Shown piece by piece: positions 52,901 through 63,720 of a stretch of DNA of 64,000 bases. Source of the stretch: Macrostomum hystrix (lineage: Eukaryota > Animalia > Platyhelminthes); NCBI GenBank assembly GCA_950097015.1, contig CATNEN010000030.1:1302001-1366000 (forward strand), written 5' to 3'. The position numbers and the translations under genes are program-made. Within the stretch, counting starts at the first letter, position 1; every line of letters begins with the position of its first letter. The notes beneath the pieces were generated by a model. That model had not been told where the DNA came from and did no database searches. It saw nothing but the letters and a program-made list of their open reading frames with translations.

Positions 52901-55900
52901 TGCACATATATAGGGAAATCCTTTGCACATATATAGGGAACTCCTTTGCACATATGTAGAGAAATCCTTTGTACACAAAGGGAAATCCTTTGCACATAAA
53001 TAAGGAAATATTTTACGCAAATACTCGAAGATAATAACTATTAATCAGCTGATTACCTTGGCAATATCTAACTGCAGAAAGTGATTCTCAAACAGCTCCT
53101 TCCTAGTCTTGTCCTCCAGATCATCGTAGGATCGCACCAGCCAATTAAAGAACGCGTCCCTATCAATCTCGGTCGAGCTGTCGTCAGAAATCAGAGCGGT
53201 CCACATCTCTAACACACGAATCTTGGTCAGGAACAGATCGGCATTGCGCAGTATATGATGAATTAGTTCCAAGTGCAGTCTCAGGTACTCCTCGTGAGTA
53301 TAGTTGCCATCCAGAGAGGAGATGGCGCACAGGTGCTGGCTAAACTGCTTATAACAGTCGCGCTGATGATCCTTAATTGAGGTAACTAGCACTAGCACCA
53401 GTTCATGAGTCTGATTCCAATCGTTCAGCGTATTCTTGGCGTCATTCTTGTAGCCGTTCGACAATGACAGGCACAGCTGGTACAGATAGTTGACAGATGG
53501 ATAAATCAACTGCTTAGCCTTGATATTAGCCACGCACTTAGTCAAATATTGTCGCCGCAAATTGTCTTTAGCGTAGTCTTTTAATAGGGCCAGGTGTTGC
53601 TGCATTACGCAGTCGATCTGCTGCCTACCTAGGCCAGTCTCGTGCGCCATATCCCAGAGGATCTGGAGAGCCTTCTCCTTGGCTGCTAAGCCAACTAGTT
53701 CCACTAATTTAGCCCAGTTATCTGACCGACCTTTCGCGGCCTTCCAATCTGCCTGCACCAGCTGGAGCAGGTGGCCCAGCGTGTCCTCTGGCAGACGAGA
53801 GGCGGCAGCGGCTAACACCGGGAATAGGGTTGGCGAAGAGTGCGCCATGTGCCACAGCTTGGTGACATCGCTAACGGACAATTTGGCGCCAATGAATTCC
53901 ACAATCTCTTTGACACCGTCGCACATTTGCATATTATCCAACGAATGACCATCGCCCAGGGCCAGGCTGAGCACCTCTTTCTCTTGCATCCACTGCAACA
54001 GGGGCTCCAGGGCAATGCTCTGTCGCTTCTTAGCCGAGCTTGGATCCTTGGCAGTGGCCATCATACAGCCGAGCTCTTTTAAGCCGTTCATGCGACTGTT
54101 AAATCGGCCGCTGCCCAGCATCGCTTGGACTAGATTAGTGCGAGCCTGAAGAAATGTAAAACAATAAAACGCTTTTGCGACTACTCACAAGTAGGCTTGT
54201 TAGTTTAAAATGATTTAAAGGATAACAATAAGCTGCATAATCTAGAATGGGATCTCAGAATAAGCTGTATAACTCTAGAATGGGATCCCAGAATAAGCTG
54301 CATAATCTAGAATGGGATCTCAGAATAAGCTGCATACTCTAGAATGGGATCCCAGAATAAGCTGCATAATCTAGAATGGGATCTCAGAATGAGCTGCATA
54401 ATCTAGAATGGGATCCCAGAATAAGCTGCATAATCTAGAATGGGATCTCAGAATAAGCTGCATAATCTAGAATGGGATCCCAGAATAAGCTGCATAATCT
54501 AGAATGGGATCCCAGAATAAGCTGCATAATCTAGAATGGGATCCCAGAATAAGCTGCATACTCTAGAATGGGATCCCAGAATAAGCTGCATACTCTAGAA
54601 TGGGATCTCAGAATAAGCTGCATACTCTAGAATGGGATCCCAGAATAAGTTGCATACTCTAGAATGGGATCCCAGAATAAGCTGCATACTCTAGAATGGG
54701 ATCTCAGAATGAGCTGCATACTCTAGAATGGGATCTCAGAATGAGCTGCATACTCTAGAATGGGATCTCAGAATAAGCTGCATACTCTAGAATGGGATCC
54801 AGAATAAGCTGCATACTCTAGAATGGGATCTCAGAATAAGCTGCATACTCTAGAATGGGATCCAGAATAGTTCTATGGATCTCAGAATGAGCTGCATACT
54901 CTAGAATGGGATCTCAGAATGAGCTGCATACTCTAGAATGGGATCTCAGAATAAGCTGCATACTCTAGAATGGGATCCCAGAATAAGCTGCATACTCTAG
55001 AATGGGATCTCAGAATAAGCTGCATACTCTAGAATGGTGATCCGAATAAGCTGCATACTCTAGAATGGATCTCAGAATGAGCTGCATACTCTAGAATGGG
55101 AGTCTCAGAATAAGCTGTATACTCTAGAATGGGTCCCGAATAAGCTGTTATACTCTAGAATGGGATCTCAGAATAAGCTGCATACTCTAGAATGGGATCC
55201 CAGAATAAGCTGCATACTCTAGAATGGGATCTCAGAATGAGCTGCATACTCTAGAATGGGATCTCAGAATGAGCTGCATACTCAAGAATGGGATCTCAGA
55301 ATGAGCTGCATAACCCTAGAATGGGATCTCAGAATGAGCTGCATACTCTAGAATGGGAACTCAGAATGAGCTGCATACTCTAGAATGGGATCTCAGAATG
55401 AGCTGCATAACCCTAGAATGGGATCTCAGAATGAGCTGCATACTCTAGAATGGGATCTCAGAATGAGCTGCATACTCTAGAATGGGATCTCAGAATGGGC
55501 TGCATACTCAAGAATGGGATCTCAGAATGAGCTGCATAACCCTAGAATGGGATCCCAGAATAAGCTGCATAACTCTAGAATGGGATCTCAGGGTAGGTAG
55601 CTGCCCCTCACCTGATCGCAGGCGGACACCTCCTTCTCGCGGAAGCGCAGATAGAGCAGTCGCAGGCCGGACAGCAGTTGGAAGACGCGCAAATCGCGCC
55701 GCTTCAAGTCGTCCTTGCCAAGCGTGGTGCACAAAGTTAAAGCGCGCTCGCAGGCAGTTTTCAAATAGTCCTGAAATGTGTCCGTACTGACCTGCTCTGC
55801 GCACAGGCCAAACGGGAACAGGAGGTAAGCTAAATCGTTAACGGAGGCGTCTGTTGCCGTGCAGATAGCGCGTAAGCGTTCGAACCCGCGACAGCTGGCG

Positions 55901-58341
55901 AATTTGTTAATCAGATGGCACAGATAGCCGTACGGATCGCGGTGCAAATTTAAATTTGAACTGGACGAGAACAATCGCTCGGAGTTAAGACTCTCACGAA
56001 GCTTATCCTTCCAGAAGTTTTTGTCTGTCTTCTTAGCTTTGTGTCGCTTGTGATATTCAGTCTGGGGATTCAGTGCTAAAGCTAGCAGCTCCAGCAGCTG
56101 ATGACAGATGGGCTGGTAGGCCAATCGTTCAGCGATCAACTCCACTAAATAGTTGAGCATGTCGAATATGCCCTCTTGAATGTCATGCGTCCACGTGTTT
56201 ACCTATTTAGAATTGAAATGGTAAATGGTTAATATTTAACGAACGGATAATAATGTATTGAGACAGAACATTCGTGACTGATTCAACCAGAAGCAACACA
56301 TCACTTGCTATTTACCTTAGAAATGCTGTTGAATATAGTGTCATTTTCTTAACAGTAGAAAAGAACAGTTGAGCAGTACCATGGAATTATTTCAAATACC
56401 CAGAATTTCTCTTTTTTCTGCATCTTTCAAAGTATTCAACCAATTGCCAAGAAAATCCAGAACATGAGCTTAAATTTTCCGCTCCATCAAATGAAGCAAC
56501 TTCCAGAATCACAAAACATCGGCATCGTCAAGATATTCAACGATTCTCGTCCGAGTGTCTGGCGGCAAGCACCACAAGGAAAAATATTCTGCTCACAAAA
56601 TTGTATCATGTTATCATGTCGGCTACTATTGTTGACTATATAGTATTTATTATATTTTTATTTATACGAGGGGTGTTGCAAAAGTTTCCGGACTAATGCT
56701 AATCCTGGTGACAATTCGTGTTTGATTTGGCTGAAAATTGATGTCTATGGTATTCAGCCGTAGAAGACTTCCTAAAATGCAGCTTAGTCAACCACAGCAT
56801 ACATGAGGGCCAAAATAGGTTGCAACCCTATGAAGCTGTTGACACGATTTTTCACAAACCAAAAGTGAGCGAAACTGAGTCGACCGAAGAATCCATCGGA
56901 GTTCGGGTCTAAGGAAAGCCAGCGCCACTTTATCATGGCATGCCAACGACAGGGCAAAACAGCCGATTTCCGATTTCCACCTCTTTGGCCCAATGAAGAT
57001 GCCAATGCGGGGCGAGATCTTCACAACGCGCGAGGAGGTCATCGAAGCAGCCAACAAGTCTCTACATCAGTTCGATGCCAGCTTCTGGGGGTCTGGCTTC
57101 GACAAGCTGATTCAGCGCTACCGAAAATGCATCTCCGTAAATGGCGAATACGTGGAGCGAGCCAGCAATCAACCTGTGGACGCATCCGGCGATAGAAGCG
57201 ACAGTGACAGTGATTGGTAGCTGGTAACTCGGAAATCGTATTTCATGACTATAATAATCTAGTGTACAATCGCGTATTACTTTGGACCGATCAACTCCAA
57301 ACTTTCTGAAACTATATAATATTATAAAATACAGTTGCCTGTTCGTCTGTTTAAATTTTTTGCTGAATCAGACAAACATTATCACCATGACGAGCATATG
57401 TCCTGGAAACTTTTGCAACACCCTCGTACAATTCTGAACCAAAATGAATTCGCCATAGAGTTTTATACAGAGCAGTGTCATTTGTCCTTGTCACCAGGGT
57501 CTTCGACAAGAATCGCTGAATTGCTAACGATCCTGGCTCGTATGGCTTTGATAGTTAGTTCATCGTAAAGGGCGGATAAATTATATTCTTTCACGAAAAT
57601 CGGTCATTAGGTTTGGAAGATATCGTGAAGTAGGCATTGGGTATTTGAAATACCCCTGTGGTCTTTTCCAAAGAAGAAAAATAGTGTGGTCATTATACTG
57701 CTAACAAAATACTCCTTGACATAAATGCAATGCATGAATGCAGGATTCGAACTCATGACCCTTGGTGCGAAAGCGGAATAACATTTGTCCGATAGGATTA
57801 TACACCACATTGACAAAAAACTGATATATAGGCAACTAAACCAACCTGCGAGCTATTCAACAGCTTGTGAAAGCACTCGGGCAGGGCGCGATTAACAAAC
57901 CGCATGGCGTTCTCCTCTTCCTCCATGACACGCTCTTTAGGCCAGCCTGGCGCAGGCCTGCATGCATATGCACAATGATTCGTGCCGTTTAAACGGAATG
58001 CTCCACTTCTCAGTGAAGGTGCGTCCTTCCAGTTCGAGCAGTGCGGCTAAAGGGAAGCCGGCCGCCGGTTCATCGACGTGCATATCCTCAGCGCCGAGGT
58101 CGCCACCTTCAGCCGCTGTTGACGACGTTACCATGGGAACAACAGCCATGGATGGTGAGGATAAGTCGCAAGGAAATCCTGTGGTATTGTTTACATTATC
58201 AGCTGGCCTGGTGTCATTCACAAGCACGGAGATTGCCTCAGAGACGTCGTTTTTGGCTATGCGAAGTGCTTCACGAATGTCGCCTTCGTCAGGAAAGCCC
58301 ATGGACAGCAGGGTGCTCACCAGGCTCTCATTGACCTCCAT
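43086..58341 (-). CDS. USP24: Ubiquitin carboxyl-terminal hydrolase 24-like (N-terminal UBA plus USP domain), 11 exons, about 2395 aa after correcting one +1 frameshift at 57939
   Basis: Exons 58341-57846, 56202-55612, 54145-53057, 50989-50424, 50259-50007, 49932-49628, 49030-48622, 47881-47204, 46756-46165, 45699-44692 and 44287-43086, all GT-AG and phase-compatible (7189 nt). The UBA start LLSMGFPDEGDIREALRIAKNDVSEAISVL is USP24-like. Cys box GLKNGGATCYMNSVLQQL, His box GVVIHSGKASAGHYYS, WFKMND and SAYMLFYER. Confidence 0.92.
44325..44610. repeat. 33-bp minisatellite in USP24 intron 10 (TGTCCAATGTGTAACCAGACACACCTGACACAC), about 9 copies
   Basis: Direct reading. Confidence 0.95.
45826..46148. 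repeat. 30-bp minisatellite in USP24 intron 9 (ATCTCCATTGGTCATTGGGGAAGCTCATCA), about 11 copies
   Basis: Direct reading. Confidence 0.96.
46845..47170. repeat. 21-bp minisatellite in USP24 intron 8 (ACAGAACAGATACAAATGTAC and variants), about 15 copies
   Basis: Direct reading. Confidence 0.95.
48000..48570. repeat. 23-bp minisatellite in USP24 intron 7 (ATAGGGAAATCCCATACGGATCT), with a secondary ~305-bp duplication
   Basis: Direct reading. Block ATGGATCTATACGG... occurs at 48004 and 48309. Confidence 0.93.
49070..49345 (-). mobile_element. SINE family 2 copy in USP24 intron 6
   Basis: Same central block and (ATT)n tail as the 63388-63720 and 11893-12122 copies. Confidence 0.82.
50325..50395. 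repeat. 14-bp repeat in USP24 intron 4 (CCCTTCGGGAAAAT), about 5 copies
   Basis: Direct reading. Confidence 0.9.
51232..52580 (+). mobile_element. Decayed IS630/Tc1-family DNA transposon in USP24 intron 3
   Basis: About 106-bp inverted repeats at 51232-51337 and 52461-52566. Transposase remnant from 51423: HTH (SMKDVSVLFGVSKTSVYRIR), VYLVETGFN (first catalytic D apparently replaced by V) and PYSQFLNPTEF (LPPYSPxLNPIE motif), with frameshifts. Confidence 0.9.
52670..53020. repeat. 23-bp minisatellite in USP24 intron 3 (ATATAGGGAAATCCTTTGCACAT-like), about 15 copies
   Basis: Direct reading; 23-aa periodic ORFs. Confidence 0.92.
54225..55590. repeat. 32-bp minisatellite in USP24 intron 2 (TCTAGAATGGGATCTCAGAATAAGCTGCATAC), about 42 copies
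   Basis: Period measured from 54901 to 54933. Confidence 0.97.
56667..57426 (+). mobile_element. Internally deleted mariner element (760 bp) in USP24 intron 1
   Basis: TA flanks on both sides. TIRs CGAGGGGTGTTGCAAAAGTTTCC / GGAAACTTTTGCAACACCCTCG. C-terminal transposase remnant SDFHLFGPMKMPMRGEIFTTREEV...GFDKLIQRYRKCISVNGEYVE. Confidence 0.92.
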
Positions 58342-59559
58342 GATCGCAGCTAACTAAGTCAGTTATGGCTGTTGATTTATTAAAAGTAGATATTGACTTT
58401 CTTGCCACCAGCAACACATGCGCTAATGTGGGAGCACATTCTGAAATCATTGATATATATACAATTATGGATATGGATAATTTTCATGTACAAAGAACAT
58501 GAATGTGGGTATAACTAGGTGGACACAAGCATATTAGCAAGAAAATGTTAGGCTAAGGCAGCACACTTGCATCATCTACAAAGCAGGCTTGGCAAAGCGA
58601 CCCTAGCTTGTGCATTAATGGGTCTGCCAGTAATGGGACAGGTCCAATGAAAATGATTTAATTAATATTATTAACACAAATTGTGCAGAGAAATTTGCTT
58701 CACAAAATTATTATGCCCACTATTAATTAGTTTGACTAGTAGTTAGTCTTATTGCTTTGATTTTTGAATAAGATGAAACTTGGGCCTAACTTGGCCTGAT
58801 TTCTCTTGCGTGTTTGTTGAATAACTGTCACGTCTAAATCTGAATTGGTTCCTACAACTTCCCAGTGAGTATACTATATGCAAGCCTAACTTCCATCTGC
58901 TCAGCATTACTTGCACATACTATCTATTGAGATAAAAAGCACTTATAGACAGGGCTTAAGGAAGTGTGTGATTTCACTCACATGGTAGGTCCAATTTTGA
59001 AAGTGTCTGTGTGACATACATTGACATACATACAAAATTAAAATGGTAATTTAGGAAAACAATATACCATGCAGTCACCAAAATAGATGTGAAAATTGCA
59101 TCAAGCATGTCCAATTTTAGTGTGAAACTTCAAAATTTTGAGTGCAGTGATATATATAGGAATGACAAGAAACCCAGCTATTTATTTTAGACTAGCTCTA
59201 AAGTCAGTCAGTTTAGCTAACAAATATTTTATATTATTTTATGAAGCAGCTAATAAAATAACTTATACATGCTTATTGTTTTTTTCAAGTACAATAAAAA
59301 ATCTTGTAATGCTAAAAAATATGTTTCACTTTATTGGACAACTTTAAGAAAACTTTTAATTCTAAGCTAGAATAGATTTTATCTATAATGGTTTAGAAAA
59401 TATAGAGCATTTAAATAGCTCTAGCAAATGTAGTTGCACAATAATAGCACATCTTTTCTGGTATTTTGGAATATCTATTGACCATTTTAGCTATTCAAAA
59501 AGTTTCATTACTTTGCTTTAATTACCCTAGCTATATCTTTTCTCTAGCCCTTTTAAAAG

Positions 59560-59945
59560 GTGGCTTCACAAGACCAAAATTTCACAATGCTGCAACACAT
59601 TTTTTCAGAAGACCAAAATTTCATAATAATGAAACTTCACAATGCCGAAAAACCAAAATGCAGACCCCCTTCACAAGACCGAAACTTTATACCGTACAAC
59701 AAAAACTTCACAATGCCAAAAAGTCTTGCACTGTCTTTCATAATACTGAATTTTACAATGCCAGGAAGTAATGCCAGACCCCTTCACAGGACTGAAATTT
59801 ATAAGACCAAAACTTCACAACACATGAAAATTCTTGTGAAGGGTCTGCATTTTTACTTCTTGGCATTGTAAAATTTCAGTCTTATGAAGGACAGTGCAAG
59901 ACTTTTTGGCATTGTGAAGTTTTGGTCATATAAAGTTTAGGTATC
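59560..59945. mobile_element. Foldback/MITE-like element: ~90-bp inverted arms plus degenerate ACCAAAATTTCACAATG subrepeats
   Basis: 59702-59791 is the near reverse complement of 59832-59923. Confidence 0.7.
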
Positions 59946-62004
59946 ATCAAAGAGATATGATATACTATAGAAAGTATTGCTATATAGGGTCCAGTGTATA
60001 TGTGAGATTGTTGGTAGTGCTCTTTGGAAAGGCTATGCTCAGATATACATATATGCACTAAATAAAAGGCCAAACATATTGAAAAAACGCAACCAGATAT
60101 AGGCCTATAAAATACTACACCAGAATCATTTAAACTATGCTTACCTAGACATTATCACTAAAGAATATTCTCAGAAAGGTTTTAAAAATCACTTCTTAGT
60201 ATAAATATTTAAACGAATGTAAAACCACTTTGGTGGCGTTAATATTGACACACATACTTATTTACATAAGCCCAACAACATAAGCAAAAGTATTTTTCTT
60301 ATGTTCTTAAATACATTTGTGCCGTGGTCATTAGGCCTATATTATATCATGTGTCCATTTTGGTTAAACAACATTCAACCTATGTCTGGCCTGTTGAATA
60401 TTGCGCATATTGCGAATAGTTTAAGTAAGTCGAGTTGTATTCCAGGAATAATGTGTAGTATTTTAAAGTTACTGTGATGAAGGTAGAAATACAGTTTTTC
60501 TCTTTTTGAAACGAGAAAAGAATATGATACGATATATATGATATATATGAAAGACATTGAAAAGCGAGTTTATCGGCTAATAAAACGAGCAATATAATAC
60601 GAACGATTCAACTGTGTAAAGTCTATTGTAAATAGACGAGTGCAAGAGTGCGAGACATTAAGAAAAAATGAACGATAGGCCGAATCGCGACGCGAGATAC
60701 GAGGTTCTATAAATTAAGTAATCGATGACGCCTTTTTAAAAGTGTTTTAAAGTTCAAATTTCCATCAATAGTAATGTTTAAACAAACTGTTAAAAAATAT
60801 GCAGAATCTGACCAGAGTTAAAACTAAAAACCCCAATTCTGCACTTTAGAAGCTTTTTAGTTTATTATTCGTTTTTAAAGAAAGACAACGTGCAAAAGCG
60901 TTCGTTTGATTCCGCCATGCGCCATGAGCGGAATCAAACTTTACGAGATGTAAATGAAGCATTTAATGTGATCTATAGAAACCCCTTAAATAATTTGCTG
61001 GTAATCATATCTTTTAATAAAGAACTATAATGCTCTTTACTTCTTAGTTCATTATTTAAGCACAAGGCATGCTTTTATGCACTACTGCCTCGCAATGAAT
61101 TTTTATTCATTAATATAACTTTTATGACTTTAAGACTTACAAAAGTCTCAAATCGTAAAAAATGAGAACGTCATGTTCGTTTAACTTATGTAGTTACGTT
61201 TAACTTACCTTCAGATCGGCTGTAATGTGAATTTTACCATATTGCCTAGCCTACAGGTAGTATTTAGTCCCTGATTGCGTAAATCAAACGAAACGTGTTT
61301 TAACCATGCGCTAAAAACAGCATCTATATTTTCAAAACAACGGATACATATAGCTATAATATGTATAATATATATTAACCTATGATATATAATGTCCATA
61401 TTGTATCCGCGGTCAAGCTAAAATTAAGCAGTACGAAGCAGTAGTTAATTTTCACGATGCATGTATAGTGTAACCCTCAAACGGAACATTGTACGTACGA
61501 ATCAGACACCATGTGCAGTGTGGAATTTCGAGCGAATCTAAATAAATATCATCGCTAAAGATATGAGCCCGTTCTATAGTAATGAGTAGCGAGTAATGAG
61601 TTACAAATTAAAGACTGAAATTAACACTGCAAAGAGATAAGATAAGATTAAACTTATCTTTGTGGAAGCTTGAGTGTACAAAGTACCCTTGCTGAGCTAG
61701 CATTCTAGCTACGCTATAGCTTTCATGTATTTTATACATTTTTCTAATTCTACATTTTTTATTTGACAGCTGCGCTGCAGTTGCCTTTAATTATCAAATA
61801 TAATTGTGTCAACAGACAGCAGCAATTGAGATAAGAAGCGACAAACTACACACTATAGTACATATTCTCTACACCTTACCACGCAAAATATTGAAAAAAG
61901 GCCGGGATCTTTTAATTCTTGTAAATTGTATTTAACTGATCTCGGTATGCGACTGAATGAACAAATGAAATATATGCTCGTATAAATAAGGTTGTTCATT
62001 TTTC

Positions 62005-62600
62005 TATAGTTCTGGCTGGTCTTTCTCTAGTTCTGACTGGTTGTCTCTAGTTCTGACTGGTTGTCTCTAGTTCTGGCTGGTCTTTCTCTAGTTCTGACTG
62101 GTTGTCTCTAGATCTGACTGCTCTTTCTCTAGTTCTGACTGGTTGTCTCTAGTTCTGAAGTTCTGACAGGTTTGTCTCTAGTTCTGACTGGTCTTTCTCT
62201 AGTTCTGACTGGTTTGTCTCTAGTTCTGGCTGGTCTTTCTCTAGTTCTGACTGGTTGTCTCTAGTTCTGAAGTTCTGACAGGTTTGTCTCTAGTTCTGAC
62301 TGGTCTTTCTCTAGTTCTGACTGGTCTTTCTCTAGTTCTGGCTGCTCTTTCTCTAGTTCTGACTGGTTGTCTCTAGTTCTGGCTGCTCTTTCTCTAGTTC
62401 TGACTGGTTGTCTCTAGTTCTGACTGGTCTTTCTCTAGTTCTGACTGGTTGTCTCTAGTTCTGGCTGGTCTTTCTCTAGTTCTGACTGGTTGTCTCTAGT
62501 TCTGGCTGGTCTTTCTCTAGTTCTGGCTGGTCTTTCTCTAGTTCTGGCTGGTCTTTCTCTAGTTCTGACTGGTTTGTCTCTAGTTCTGACTGGTTTGTCA
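62005..62600. repeat. Composite 20/21-bp minisatellite (CTCTAGTTCTGACTGGTTGT / CTCTAGTTCTGGCTGGTCTTT)
   Basis: Direct reading. Confidence 0.95.
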
Positions 62601-62843
62601 TTAATTAAAATATATTTTTATTTTCTAATTTAGTTGTAACACGATTTGAAAGTATATACAACTTCTAACCTCCTTTTCTCGACCAATTTCCTGTTTGGTC
62701 GAGAAAAGGACCAAATCAAGCAATCGGAACTTCATTTCAGACTCTACGATAAGGCTGTCTGCTTGCGGAAATTCCTTTCCAGCTGAGTTCAATTGTCGAT
62801 ATTGTCTATTGTCGATAGACAAGATTATCGACGAGAGTATCGT

Positions 62844-63148
62844 GAGGAGGTTTTAGCCTAGTGGTTAGAGCGTAGGACTCACGACTTGAAGTTCGGGGGT
62901 TCGATTCCCGACTCCACTGGAATAATTTGTGTCCTTTAGCAAGACACTTAACTCTGCATTGCTTCAGTTCACCCAGCTGTTAGATGGGTACCAGCATTAG
63001 GTGGATTAATTGAGGGTGGGTGTGACGTCCCCCTGCAGTCAATGGACTGAACAGCCGTACGCAGCCATCAGATGCGCCGCGCAATAGCTGCGGCTGTACT
63101 CTCGGCTGCACATCTGGCCCAATTAGGGCAGGTGAAATAAAGAAAAAT
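62844..63148 (+). mobile_element. Full-length tRNA-derived CORE-type SINE (family 1)
   Basis: A-box TAGCCTAGTGGTTAGAGCG; B-box GGGTTCGATTCCC; CORE-like GTCCTTTAGCAAGACACTTAACTCTGCATTGCTTCAGTTCACCCAGCTGTTAGATGGGTACC (compare MIR core GACCTTGGGCAAGTTACTTAACCTCTCTG...CTCAGTTTCCTCATCTGTAAAATGGG); 3' stem-loop and A-rich end. Confidence 0.85.
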
Positions 63149-63387
63149 CGCGATTAAAACGCTGCTCAATCATCGGACTCAGAGAATAGAGAATTCGCTA
63201 TCTAGACAGAATGCCAGACTAGCCTCTGAAGCTGAAGCCAATTTTCACTGTCGCAATTTTTCACCTTCTTTCGTTCAGAGCTTGGTAAATCGTTCTTGAT
63301 GAGCATCGCGGTATTTTTGCTGACTCCCTGAAGAAGATCTTCTGCCTGTCTGCTGCTAATCAAGCTCTTCCGTATCATTGTATGCGC

Positions 63388-63720
63388 GGGGTGTCAGTGG
63401 CAGAGCGGTTAAGGCGTTTGCCTCTCGCAGCAATGTCCCTGAGCTCGACTCCGCGGCGAGGCCACATTTCATTTGGGGCGCTTGGGGACTTGCTGTGCAA
63501 TTTACGCCCTTGAGGGCCAACCCCAGAGGCAGAAGGTTCTCAGATGTACACACCTGTGAGAGCGTGTGCCTACGTACAGTATCTGTGTGCGTGTGTGCTC
63601 AGGAGTCAGAGAAATTGGCAGAATTGCCTCCTCGTTGGCTTCGGGTCGAGTGTCACTAAATGATGCAATATTGCCCGCAGCCCTCCTGCAATTATTATTA
63701 TTGTTATTATTATTATCAAC
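63388..63720 (+). mobile_element. Full-length tRNA-derived SINE (family 2) with 8-bp TSD
   Basis: TSD GTATGCGC at 63380-63387 and 63721-63728; A-box TGGCAGAGCGG; B-box-like GAGCTCGACTCC; (ATT)n tail. Confidence 0.88.

Noticed and set aside
56540-56600. Minus-strand PCGACRQ resembling the cytidine deaminase zinc motif
   Set aside because: No upstream HxE, the frame closes soon after, and it lies in a USP24 intron; probably chance.
62844-62920. tRNA gene candidates (also 63388-63465, 15240-15313 and 42721-42775)
   Set aside because: A/B boxes are present, but there is no convincing cloverleaf or T-run terminator, and they continue into SINE bodies.
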